Shown piece by piece: positions 50,729 through 60,500 of a DNA stretch of 64,000 nucleotides. The DNA lies in contig JAFROX010000006.1 of the NCBI GenBank assembly GCA_017429475.1, positions 126,008-190,007 on the forward strand, in the 5' to 3' direction. The notes under the pieces were generated by a model, which saw only the letters and a list, made by a program, of their open reading frames with translations, had not been told where the DNA came from and searched no databases. Source of the stretch: Bacteroidales bacterium (lineage in GTDB: Bacteria; Bacteroidota; Bacteroidia; Bacteroidales; UBA932). Positions within the stretch are counted from its first letter, which is position 1. Every line of letters starts with the position of its first letter. A program made the translations under genes and the position numbers.

Positions 50729-51531
50729 ACCCCAAAACCATAATTACAGGTGCCACGGGCAGTATGGGAGCGGCAGCCGCAGAGGCTCTCGCCCTTCAGG
50801 GAATACCTGTCATTATGGCCTGCCGCAACCTCGCGAAGGCCGAAGCGGTCAAGGCTGACATCCTTTCCCGCGTTCCTTCAGCTGAACTGGACATCAGGAA
50901 GCTTGATCTCGCTTCCCTGGCATCGGTTCGGGAATTTGCCGACGGCATTGAGGCTGGAGAGGTCTCGGCTCTCTTCAACAATGCCGGCGTCATCTCGAAG
51001 GGCTATTCAATTACTGAAGACGGCTTGGAGAACACATTTGCCGTCAACTATTTCGGACCCTGGCTGCTGACGCGGCTGTTGCTGCCGAAAATGCCGGAGG
51101 ATGCACGGATCGTCAATATGGTGTCGCTTACAACGCGTTTCGTGCCACTGGACGAACAGACGCTCCATCCGGCTGAGAAGGATTTCCGTCAGCTGAAGAC
51201 TTATGCCAGCGCCAAAAGGGCTCTGATATCGTTTTCGATGGAACTCGCCCGCCGGTATCCGGCGCTGAGGGTGAATCTGGCAGACCCGGGCATCGTGGCT
51301 TCAGATATGATTGACCTGGGACATTGGTACGACCCTCTGGCTGATGCCCTGTTCAAACCTTTCTGCAGGAAACCTGAGTCTGGAGTTCAGCCTGCCCTGC
51401 GTGCTCTTGCATCCGACAAGTGCAGCCGCTGCTTCATCGGGAAGTCGGACCGTGAGATTCCGGACCGATATGAAGATCCGGACCTGGACGTTCGCATCTG
51501 GGTTGAGACGGAACGTACGCTCAGTTTTTAG
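50719..51531 (+). CDS. Short-chain dehydrogenase/reductase (retinol-dehydrogenase-like; candidate hydroxysteroid dehydrogenase)
   Basis: TGATGSMG, NNAG and YASAK motifs. The start overlaps the OYE stop by 10 nt. Confidence 0.8.
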   Translation: MEMNPKTIITGATGSMGAAAAEALALQGIPVIMACRNLAKAEAVKADILSRVPSAELDIRKLDLASLASVREFADGIEAGEVSALFNNAGVISKGYSITEDGLENTFAVNYFGPWLLTRLLLPKMPEDARIVNMVSLTTRFVPLDEQTLHPAEKDFRQLKTYASAKRALISFSMELARRYPALRVNLADPGIVASDMIDLGHWYDPLADALFKPFCRKPESGVQPALRALASDKCSRCFIGKSDREIPDRYEDPDLDVRIWVETERTLSF

Positions 51532-52714
51532 TTTTCTTCCTGAACATATACTTCCGTGCAACCGCTACTCCTACCCGGTAGGGAAGAGGCCTCAGCGCAC
51601 GGTCGGCTTCCTTCAGCTTCTTGCGGATGTCGATGCCCTGCGGGCAGAGTTTCTCGCATTTGCCGCACTCGATGCACTGGCTTGGGAATGCCGGCTTCTC
51701 CCGCATCGATATGGTCTGGGCATATTGCCAGCGGCCTGAATGCTTCGACTCGGAATACATTGTGTTGTAGCACAGGAACGCTCCGGGGATGTCTACACCC
51801 TGAGGGCAGGGCATACAGTAGCGGCAGCCAGTGCAGCGCACTTTCTCGGTCTTGCGGATTTCCTTGCGGATGGCCTCGATAAGTGCATTGTCATCTGCGG
51901 TGAAGCTTCCAACCGCGGCTTCCGAGGCAGTGCGGACATTCTCCGCAACCATCTCGTCGGAGTTCATACCGGACAGGACCACGGTCACCTCGGGCTGGTT
52001 CCAGAGCCAGCGCAGTCCCCACTCGGCTGGGCTCCATCCCCTGGGATTGGATTCGATGGCTTTCCTTGCGCCGGACGGCAGCGACTTTACGAGTTTTCCG
52101 CCCCTGAGCGGCTCCATTATGATGACGGGAATGCCTTTCGCGGCGGCTGCCTTGAGACCCGTGATGCCTGCCTGGTTGTTCTCATCCATATAGTTGTACT
52201 GGATCTGGCAGAAATCCCAGTCATAGTCGTCCAGTATCTTCAGGAACTGGTCGGTGTTGCCGTGGTATGAGAACCCGATGTTGCGGATGGCTCCCGACTC
52301 TTTCTTGCCGGCAATCCACTTGACGATGCCGAGCTTCTTCAGTTTTTCCCACTGGGCGTAGTCGGTGATCATATGCATCAGATAGTAGTCGATATAGTCG
52401 GTGCGCAGGCGCTTGAGCTGCTCCTTGAAGTAGTTCTCAATCGCAGGGGTGCGGTGAATCATATACTGCGGCAGCTTGGTGGCGATGTGGACTTTGTCGC
52501 GCAAAGCGTTACGCTCCAGGATTTCTCCCAGCGCCACTTCGCTTCCGGGGTAAATGTAGGCGGTGTCGTAATAGTTGACGCCGGCTTCGTATGCGGCGAG
52601 GATCTGCTTCTCGGCCTTGGCCATATCGATCGAGCCCGCCGAGCGGCTGAAGCGCATGCAGCCGAATCCGAGGGCCGAGAGCTGCACTCCGTTTCTGTCT
52701 TTTCTGTATTGCAT
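51521..52714 (-). CDS. Aldo/keto reductase with a C-terminal 4Fe-4S ferredoxin-type domain
   Basis: I prefer the ATG at 52714 (MQYRKDRNGVQLSALGFGCMRF, the canonical AKR N-terminus). The 187-codon upstream extension in the track is antisense to pgeF and motif-free. Two Cys clusters are present: CTGCRYCMPCPQGVDIP and CIECGKCEKLCPQGIDI. Confidence 0.82.
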   Translation of the reverse strand: MQYRKDRNGVQLSALGFGCMRFSRSAGSIDMAKAEKQILAAYEAGVNYYDTAYIYPGSEVALGEILERNALRDKVHIATKLPQYMIHRTPAIENYFKEQLKRLRTDYIDYYLMHMITDYAQWEKLKKLGIVKWIAGKKESGAIRNIGFSYHGNTDQFLKILDDYDWDFCQIQYNYMDENNQAGITGLKAAAAKGIPVIIMEPLRGGKLVKSLPSGARKAIESNPRGWSPAEWGLRWLWNQPEVTVVLSGMNSDEMVAENVRTASEAAVGSFTADDNALIEAIRKEIRKTEKVRCTGCRYCMPCPQGVDIPGAFLCYNTMYSESKHSGRWQYAQTISMREKPAFPSQCIECGKCEKLCPQGIDIRKKLKEADRALRPLPYRVGVAVARKYMFRKKTKN

Positions 52715-52765
52715 GATGATGGTTCTAGCAGATGTAAAGATACGGATATTTCTTATCTTTGTTAT

Positions 52766-53440
52766 ATGCCTGATGGATTGTTGAAATACGACTTGGGGGC
52801 CGGCGTAGAGGCTTTCACTGCAAGGCGGGATTCCGTGCTGCCGTATCCTGTCGTCCAGGGACATCAGGTGCACGACATACGGGTCGCCGTGGTGGAAAGG
52901 TGGATGACCAGGGAAGAACTGGAAGGCTTCGATGCGTTCGTGACGAATGTGCCCGGGCTGGCCATAGGAGTTCGTACTGCCGACTGTGTGCCGGTGTTGC
53001 TCTACGATTCCGTGCACCGGGCTGTCGCAGCGGTACACGCAGGGTGGAAAGGCACCGTGAAGCATATTTCCCACAGGGCCATTGAGCTTATGACCGACCG
53101 GTATGGCTGCGAGCCTTCGGGAATGCGGGCTGTGATAGGCCCGGCCATAGGTCCGGACAGTTTCCAGGTAGGGGAGGAAGTGGTTGCCAAGTTCCGTGAG
53201 GCCGGATTTCCCGTCGATGAGATCTGGTCGTTCCGGGGGCAGGGCGACGGAAGTCCGATGTCGGGAGGCCATCACATCGACCTTTTCAAGGCCAACCGGT
53301 GGCTGCTGGAAGAGGCGGGAATCCCCCCTGCGAACATAGCTGTCTGCGATGTCGATACCTACACGGAGGCATCACTCTTTTCGGCCCGTCGCGAAGGAGC
53401 CGCCTGCGGCCGCAACATCAATTCGATAAAACTAATTTGA
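52766..53440 (+). CDS. pgeF: Peptidoglycan editing factor PgeF (YfiH/DUF152, laccase-domain protein)
   Basis: I prefer the ATG at 52766. Motifs: GHQVHD, TADCVPVLLYD, AAVHAGWKGT, and the C-terminal SARR...GRN. Confidence 0.8.
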   Translation: MPDGLLKYDLGAGVEAFTARRDSVLPYPVVQGHQVHDIRVAVVERWMTREELEGFDAFVTNVPGLAIGVRTADCVPVLLYDSVHRAVAAVHAGWKGTVKHISHRAIELMTDRYGCEPSGMRAVIGPAIGPDSFQVGEEVVAKFREAGFPVDEIWSFRGQGDGSPMSGGHHIDLFKANRWLLEEAGIPPANIAVCDVDTYTEASLFSARREGAACGRNINSIKLI

Positions 53441-53450
53441 CGTACGATGC

Positions 53451-53819
53451 TCACTGGATAGACTTTCCGAAAGGCAGCAGGGTAGGGATTATCATCTTCA
53501 AGTGCTGAAGGCCGAAGGGGATGCCGACGATGGTGATGCACAGTACAACCCCGAAAATGAGGTGTATCACGGCAATCTCCCACCATCCGAGCACTATCCA
53601 CAGGACGTTCATTGCTACCGACACGCAGCCAGGCTCGTCGGGCCGGTCCACTATCTGGTGCCCGAAGGGCCAGAGGGAATAAGTTCCGAATTTGAAAAGC
53701 TGTGCTCCGAAGGGAATTCCGATGAAGGTAAGGCACAGCAAAAATCCTACTATGTAGTAGAGGATGGCTACTATCAGGCCGCCGCAGATCAGCCAGAGAA
53801 GATTTCCAAGGGTTTTCAT
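53451..53819 (-). CDS. yccF: YccF-domain inner-membrane protein
   Basis: I prefer the ATG at 53819. MKTLGNLLWLICGGLIVAILYYIVGFLLCLTFIGIPFGAQLFKF and the repeat ITIVGIPFGLQHLKM are the duplicated YccF signature. Confidence 0.8.
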   Translation of the reverse strand: MKTLGNLLWLICGGLIVAILYYIVGFLLCLTFIGIPFGAQLFKFGTYSLWPFGHQIVDRPDEPGCVSVAMNVLWIVLGWWEIAVIHLIFGVVLCITIVGIPFGLQHLKMIIPTLLPFGKSIQ

Positions 53820-53863
53820 TGCCGGTTCGGTATAATGACTACGCAATTTAGTGATTATTGTGC

Positions 53864-53871
53864 TAAATTTG
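53864..53871 (+). promoter_or_regulatory. Candidate -7 promoter box (TAAATTTG) for the GH109-nahK-GH43-GH78 block
   Basis: Exact TAnnTTTG match 24 nt upstream of ATG 53895. The implied transcription start near 53877 argues against the TTG start used by the ORF track. Confidence 0.35.
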
Positions 53872-53894
53872 AATGATTGTTAGCATATACCGCA

Positions 53895-55313
53895 ATGAGC
53901 AAAGGATCTTTTGTCACTTGGATGATAATTTTATTCCTCGTCGTGCGCTGCTCATACCGCCACACTGACGACGGTTACAAGATCAATTCCGACGGGACCA
54001 TAGTCACTTCCGTGCCGCACAGGGCGAAAGGACAGACCGATGTCCTCGGCCTGGCCGTCCCTGCGATGGACACCGTCCGCGTGGGTTTCGTGGGGCTCGG
54101 GATGAGGGGCAGCGATGCGGTAGTACGCTATACCTACGTCCCAGGCGTGAAAATCACTGCCATCTGCGATGTCGAGCCTGACCGTGTCAAGGCATCCCAG
54201 AAAGACCTTGCCGAGCTTGGCTTTCCAGCCGCTGCTGAGTATGCAGGCGACCTGGAGGCCTACAAGAAACTCTGCGAGGACCCGAACGTGGACCTGGTGT
54301 ATATATGCACGGACTGGGAGCATCACGTGCCGGTGGCTCTCTATGCTATGGAGCACGGAAAGCATGCAGCCATAGAAGTGCCTTCTGCCTACTCGCTGAA
54401 GGACTGCTGGGCATTGGTCAATATGGCTGAGAAGACCCGCCTTCATTGTATGATCCTCGAGAACTGCTGCTACGATTTCTTCGAGCTGTCCACCCTTCAG
54501 ATGGCCCGCGAAGGCTTGTTCGGCGAAGTGGTTCACGCCGAGGGAGCATACTGCCACAATCTCGACCCTTACTGGGACGAATACTGGAACAGCTGGCGAC
54601 TGACCTTCAACAAGGAGCACAGGGGTGACGCATATCCCACGCACGGCTTCGGTCCTGTATGCCAGGTGCTCAACATCCACCGCGGCGACAGGCTCAAGAC
54701 TCTGGTGGCGATGGACACCCGGGCTTTCAACGGTCCGAAGCACGTGGCCGCACGCGGCGGTGATAATCCCGGCGACTTCGAGAACGGCGATGTCTCAACC
54801 ACCGTCATCCGCACCGAAAAGGGCAAGACGGTCCTCATTGAGCACGATGTGATGAATCCCCGGCCCTACAGCCGTATGTATCAGGTCGTGGGAACGGAAG
54901 GCTATGCGGGTAAATATCCTGTCCAGCAGCTCTGCTTCAGGAAGGAGGCCCTGGCCGGAGAGGCCGTGGACTATGCGCACCTGAAAGGTGAGACCGTACT
55001 CACCGACGAGAAACTAGATGAATTTATGGAGCAGCACCGCAGCCCCATACTGACTCCCGAACTGGAGGCTCTGGCAAAGGAAGTCGGAGGTCACGGCGGT
55101 ATGGACTTCATAATGGACTACCGGCTCATCTACTGCCTGCGCAACGGGCTTCCTCTGGATATGGATGTCTACGACCTTGCCGAATGGTGCTGCGTGAGCG
55201 AGCTCTCGGCCATTTCTATGAAGCACGGCGGAAGACCGGTAGAAGTGCCGGACTTCACACGCGGAGCCTGGGACAGGATAGATGGTTTCTCATATGCATT
55301 CGCGGAGGAATAG
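53895..55313 (+). CDS. Gfo/Idh/MocA-fold NAD-dependent glycosidase, GH109-like (alpha-N-acetylgalactosaminidase family)
   Basis: Rossmann N-terminus RVGFVGLGMRG, then VDLVYICTDWEHH, EVPSA, MILENCCYDFFEL, GEVVHAEGAYCHNL and AYPTHGFGPVCQVLNIHRGDR. The YPTHG.GP...NI.RGD block is what I associate with GH109. Confidence 0.72.
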   Translation: MSKGSFVTWMIILFLVVRCSYRHTDDGYKINSDGTIVTSVPHRAKGQTDVLGLAVPAMDTVRVGFVGLGMRGSDAVVRYTYVPGVKITAICDVEPDRVKASQKDLAELGFPAAAEYAGDLEAYKKLCEDPNVDLVYICTDWEHHVPVALYAMEHGKHAAIEVPSAYSLKDCWALVNMAEKTRLHCMILENCCYDFFELSTLQMAREGLFGEVVHAEGAYCHNLDPYWDEYWNSWRLTFNKEHRGDAYPTHGFGPVCQVLNIHRGDRLKTLVAMDTRAFNGPKHVAARGGDNPGDFENGDVSTTVIRTEKGKTVLIEHDVMNPRPYSRMYQVVGTEGYAGKYPVQQLCFRKEALAGEAVDYAHLKGETVLTDEKLDEFMEQHRSPILTPELEALAKEVGGHGGMDFIMDYRLIYCLRNGLPLDMDVYDLAEWCCVSELSAISMKHGGRPVEVPDFTRGAWDRIDGFSYAFAEE

Positions 55314-55314
55314 G

Positions 55315-56400
55315 ATGGCTGACCTGATAGAAATAGCGCGCCGTTTCGCACTGGACGGCAACCCTGTTGAGGTAAAACCTCTTGGGGAGGGGTTCATCAA
55401 CGACACCTATGTCGTGAAGACCGACGGTCCGCTGCGCTACATACTCCAGCGCAAGAACAAGGCAGTGTTCCCCGATGTGCCGGCGATGATGGACAATATC
55501 GCCGCCGTCACCGCACACATCAAGCAGAAGGTTGCCGAACCTATGCGCGAGACTCTTACCGTCATACCCGCCAGGGACGGAAAGTTATATCATCTGGACT
55601 CCGACGGGGAGTACTGGGCAGTCTGCGTCTTCATTGAGGACACTGTCACTTACGATGTGGCATCTACTCCCGAAATGGCGCGGCAGGGAGGCGTCGGCAT
55701 CGGACGCTTCCAGGCATTGCTTGCCGATTTCGACAAGCCGCTGGCTGAAGTGATAAAAGGCTTCCACAACATCCGCTGGCGTTTCACCCAGTGGGACGGC
55801 AGCCTGAAGGCCGACAAGGCCGGCCGGTCGGCAGAAGTGGCGGACGAGATAGCTTTCGTAGAGGAAAGACGCTCCCGGATGCTCTCTTTCTGGAGATTGG
55901 TGGAGGACGGAGTGCTGCCGCTTCGCGTGACGCACAACGACACGAAGCTCAGCAACATCCTCTTCGACAGACGCAGCGGAGAGGTCCTCTGCGCCATCGA
56001 CCTCGACACCGTGATGAGCAGCACATCCCTGAACGATGTGGGAGACGCCATCCGTTCTTACGCCAACGCCACCGTTGAGGACGATCCCGATTACGGGAAG
56101 GTGGCCCTCAGGCTGGATATGTACGAAGCATATATGGACGGTTATCTGTCCCAGCGCCGGGATACCCTCACAGCCTCCGAGAAGGAATGGCTGGCCTTTG
56201 CCCCGCTGTATATCACCTATGAACAGGTACTGCGCTTCTTGATGGACTACATCGACGGCGACACCTACTACAAGATCAGATATCCCGGGCACAACCTTGT
56301 CCGGACCCGCTCCCAGATGGCCCTGCTCCGAAGTATGGAGGCGAACTATGGCGCGATGCAGGACATTGTAAAGAAACTATTGACTAAATTTAAACGATAA
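55315..56400 (+). CDS. nahK: N-acetylhexosamine 1-kinase (NahK/MdsC family, APH fold)
   Basis: I prefer the ATG at 55315. FALDGNPVEVKPLGEGFINDTYVV...RYILQRKN..VFPD, LRVTHNDTKLSNILFD, IDLDTVM and YPGHNLVRTRSQ closely match my recollection of Bifidobacterium longum NahK (RVTHNDTKLNNIL, IDLDTIM, YPEHNLVRTRTQ). Confidence 0.82.
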   Translation: MADLIEIARRFALDGNPVEVKPLGEGFINDTYVVKTDGPLRYILQRKNKAVFPDVPAMMDNIAAVTAHIKQKVAEPMRETLTVIPARDGKLYHLDSDGEYWAVCVFIEDTVTYDVASTPEMARQGGVGIGRFQALLADFDKPLAEVIKGFHNIRWRFTQWDGSLKADKAGRSAEVADEIAFVEERRSRMLSFWRLVEDGVLPLRVTHNDTKLSNILFDRRSGEVLCAIDLDTVMSSTSLNDVGDAIRSYANATVEDDPDYGKVALRLDMYEAYMDGYLSQRRDTLTASEKEWLAFAPLYITYEQVLRFLMDYIDGDTYYKIRYPGHNLVRTRSQMALLRSMEANYGAMQDIVKKLLTKFKR

Positions 56401-56414
56401 TTAACCTGAAAACT

Positions 56415-57587
56415 ATGAAACTTCTGAGAATTGCCGCAATGACACTGCTGCTTGCAGTCGTTGCTGTCTCCTGCAAGGAGAAACCCGTAGACTGTACCCC
56501 AGTAAAGAAAGAAATACAGCCCGTGGAGCAGGCGCCCCGTGCCGATCCCGGCCAGCGCAACTTCGGCGGCGGAATGACGGCCCCCGCGAACCGTGACACC
56601 ACCGGAATGGCCGAACGTATGCGCCGTATGCGCGAGGAGCAGAACCGCATCCGCACCGTCCATTTCAACGACCTGTCGATGAGCGATCCCTACATCCTTG
56701 CCGACGAGGCCACCAAGACTTACTACCTCACCAGCTCCGGCGGACGCCAGTACCGCAGCAAGGACCTCGTGATGTGGGAAGGCCCCTACAACGTGATCGA
56801 CCTCAGCGGCACCTGGTGCGAGAAAGCCGGTTTCGCCGCAGCGGCGGAGATACACAAGATCGGCGACTATTACTACTATGCCGGTACCTGGAGCGACCAC
56901 AGTGAGATCATCCAGGCAATCCCCAGGCGCTACAACGTGCCTCACAACCAGACCTATCTGCTCCGTTCCGAGAGCCCCGAGGGACCGTTCGTTCCCTTCT
57001 CTGTCACTCCCGGCTACGACTACCAGCCCTATGAATGGGACTGCATCGACGGTACTCTCTATGAAGAGGACGGCCATATCTATATGATCTTCGTACACGA
57101 GTGGACACAGCTGATCGACGGTACTATGGACTACATCGAGCTCTCCAAGGATCTCACCAAGACCATCTCCGAGTGGCCCGTCACTATGTTCCGCGCTACC
57201 GAGTGCCCTCCTTGCGGTGAGATGAACAGCCTCGGCGAAGCCACCTTCGGCCTCAAGATGCCCGGCTGGGTGACCGACGGTCCGCAGATGTTCCGCACAC
57301 AGACAGGCAAGCTCGGAATGCTCTGGTCTACCTGGGGCAAGGAGCGCTACCTGCAGGTCGTATGCTACTCTGAGTCAGGCACCATCGCAGGTCCCTGGGT
57401 TCAGGAGCCGGAACCGTTCCTGGCCAACAACTCCGGTCACGGAATGCTCTTCCGTACCTTCGACGGCGAACTTCGCTATGTCGTACACCATTCTGAGGGC
57501 AACGGTCCCCGCAAGCCTCAGTACTGGACTGTCGACGATTCAGGCGACAAGCTCGTGCTCGGCAAGCAGATCATTTTGAAACAATAA
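56415..57587 (+). CDS. Glycoside hydrolase family 43 lipoprotein
   Basis: Lipobox VAVSC. Five-bladed-propeller signatures: MSDPYILADEATKTYYLTSS (catalytic Asp), AAEIHKIGDYYYY, CIDGTLYEEDGHIYMIF, VTDGPQMF. Confidence 0.78.
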   Translation: MKLLRIAAMTLLLAVVAVSCKEKPVDCTPVKKEIQPVEQAPRADPGQRNFGGGMTAPANRDTTGMAERMRRMREEQNRIRTVHFNDLSMSDPYILADEATKTYYLTSSGGRQYRSKDLVMWEGPYNVIDLSGTWCEKAGFAAAAEIHKIGDYYYYAGTWSDHSEIIQAIPRRYNVPHNQTYLLRSESPEGPFVPFSVTPGYDYQPYEWDCIDGTLYEEDGHIYMIFVHEWTQLIDGTMDYIELSKDLTKTISEWPVTMFRATECPPCGEMNSLGEATFGLKMPGWVTDGPQMFRTQTGKLGMLWSTWGKERYLQVVCYSESGTIAGPWVQEPEPFLANNSGHGMLFRTFDGELRYVVHHSEGNGPRKPQYWTVDDSGDKLVLGKQIILKQ

Positions 57588-57593
57588 GCAAAT

Positions 57594-60500
57594 ATGAAAC
57601 GGATATCATTCGGCATAGCGCTGCTAGTCCTTATATGCCAGACAGCCTTCGCAGCCACAACCATCAAGGATTTCAGGGTCCAGCACAGCGACCGCCCGCT
57701 TTCGGTGGAAGACAGGCATCCCGTCTTCAGCTGGAGGATGGAGTCCGACGTGAGAGGACAGAAACAGACCGCATATCAACTCTCCGTGGTCCGCGACGTG
57801 GACGGCAGTGAACTCTGGAATACCGGCAGGGTCGAGAGCGCCAGTTCAGTGGACATTCCCTATCAGGGTGTCGCACTGCAGGCCGAGAAATCCTACAGCG
57901 TCAAGCTCACTGTCTGGGACAGGGACGGGAAGTCCTATGATGTATCAACCAGTTTCGAGACAGGCATTATGAACCCCCGCATCAGCGCGTGGAACGGTGC
58001 TGATTGGGTCGGAGTGCGTCAGCTTAAGCTGGATGCCGCTTCCCAGGCTCTCTTCGAGATCGAGTCTGATTTCAGACTGGTCAAGGGCGACGTGGCCTCG
58101 TTCATACTCGGTGCCGATGACATCCGTTTGAAGAACAGTTTCCTGAATGACTTCGGAGTCCAGTCTGCCGAGAGCTACATCAAGGTCGACGTCGACTTCG
58201 CAAAACAGGAAATCCGCCTTTTCCGCGTTGGATACTACAAGGAAGACAAGGCTGACGTCCCGTTCGTCACCATTAGCAAGACGGCGTACCCCCAAGGCAA
58301 TCTGGAAGAAGTCTTCTCTGCCAGGGGCAAGTCTGATGTACACCATCTGAAGATAACCGTGGAAGCGAGCAACATAAACTTCTCGCTTGACGGCAAGGAT
58401 GTGATGAGCAACCCTCCCCGTAACCGCGGTTTCGGCGGTGGTGGAGGCGGGTTCTCCGTCGGAATGACGGGTGGCGCCCGCAGCTCTGCATCCAACTTCA
58501 CCATCGGCAAGCTGGGAAGCGGAGGCAACTATCCTTCATTCCCCAATCTCAATTCTGTCGGGTTTGCCGCTGCTCCGGGCTCTGAGGTAGTCTATTCGGA
58601 CTACCGGATACTGAATACCGGCCAGAGCGATGACAGAGTGGTTTTTGACGCAACCCACGGTCCTGGATATGCTCTGTTTGAAGGGAAACCAGGCGTGACC
58701 GTGCGCGGCGGAAACATTACCGTGGTTAACTCCGGCACACGAGAACTGCGCTTCTGGGCAGATCCGAGCTACGGGGCTGAAACTATGCTCCGCACCGAAT
58801 TCACCCTCGGCGACAAACCCGTGAAGCAGGCAAGGCTTTATGCCTCTGCGATGGGAGTATATACACTGTTCCTCAATGGGCAGAGGGTGGGGGAAGACTG
58901 GTTCGCTCCCGGGGACAGCCAGTACCGCGAAACCATCACCTACCAGACCTACGACGTGACCGGTCTTCTCAAGAGCGGCCGCAATGCGATGGGAGCCGAA
59001 CTGGCTTCGGGCTGGTATACCGGCTATATGACCTTCACTCCCGGCAATTTCAATTTCTTCGGGGACTACGAAGCCCTGCTTTCGCGACTTGTGGTGACCT
59101 ATGAAGACGGCACCAAGGATATTTTCGTATCTAATCCTGATGACTGGAAAGCCTTCAAGGACGGCCCCGTGCGCAACGGCAGCTTCTTCCAGGGAGAACG
59201 CTACGACGCGTCGAAGGCTGTGGAAGGATGGACGCTCGCCGGTTTCGACGACAGTACCTGGCTCGATGCCGAGCGTATCGAGAAGCGCGACTGGATCGAC
59301 TTCGACATCGTGGCCCGCTATGATGAAGTCGTGCGCCTGCGCGAAGTGCTTACTGCCGGCGCGGTAATGCCTGTCCACAGCGCTGACGGCCACACCTACA
59401 TCTACAATATGGGTGTGAATATGGTGGGCGTCCCGTCCATCACCATCCCCGAGGGCTGGCTCAAGGCTGGAGACAAGGTGACCATCGCCTACGGCGAACA
59501 AGTCTATCCCGGTCTGAAGGGTGACAAGAAGGAATATGTAGCCCGTTTCGGCAAGAAAGGCCGCGATGTGGCAGGCCATATCCTGTTCGAAACCAACCGC
59601 GCCGCTATGGATATGGATATGTATATCGCCGACGGTTCTTCGGCAGTGACAATACAGCCTTCTGCCACCTACCGCGGCTACCAGTATGTCCAGGTGACCC
59701 TTCCTTCGCACGTGGGTCCGCTGCCGCTTGAGAATGTCAAGGGCCTCGTGCTGTCTTCATCGGAGATACCGACCGGACGATACTTCGCAACTACCTCTGA
59801 CGGCAGGACAGGGAACCTCGTGAATCAGCTGTTCAAGAACATCCAGCGCAGTCAGCTCGGCAACTTCTTCACCATCCCGACCGACTGCCCCCAGCGCAAC
59901 GAACGTATGGGCTGGACCGGCGACGCGCAGGCCTACACCCGCACCGGCATCTACAATGCCAACACCCAGAACTTCTACCGTCAGTGGATGGTTGCTCTCA
60001 GGGCTGACCAGGGTGTCGGCAACGACAGGGAGGTTCCAGGCGGAATTGGCTCCACCGTGCCTACCTACAACCGCACTGACGATCCGAGCTTCGCCACCGG
60101 AACCACCTGGAGTGCCGCTGTATGCCAGGTTCCCTGGCAGATGTACATCCAGTACGGCGACAAGCAGATCATACGCGAGAACCTCGAGACGATGATGGAC
60201 TGGCTCAACGGAATGGCTTTCTACAAGACCAGCGACGAGTATCCTTACCTGTCTTCTAAGGCTGCCGGCCTTGCGGATTGGCTGGCCCTCGACAACCGCA
60301 CTCCGTCTGACCTGGTCAACAACGCCATCTACATCTATATGATGGAAGTTACGGCCATAATGGCTGACGCGATCGGCAGGGACGATTATGCCGCCATCCT
60401 GAGAGACAGGCACGACAAGGCCAAGGCCGACTGGAACAGGGCCTATGTCAATCCCGTCACTGGCAAGACCCGTGGTCTCAACGGTCACACCGTCCATACC

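Noticed and set aside
52715-53275. 187-codon N-terminal extension of the AKR ORF, and the 52373-52765 extension of the pgeF ORF
   Set aside because: The two extensions overlap each other's real genes antisense. The canonical AKR N-terminus (MQYRK..G...S.LGFGCMRF) begins at 52714. The plausible PgeF start is the first in-frame ATG past the AKR start, at 52766.
58536-59711. 391-aa minus-strand ORF inside the GH78 gene. Similar antisense ORFs occur at 59757-60497, 48478-49242, 49874-50611, 25673-26320, 26486-27265, 36250-36942, 55585-56292 and 56346-57098.
   Set aside because: All are fully nested antisense to, or out of frame with, CDS that have strong family signatures. None shows a domain motif.
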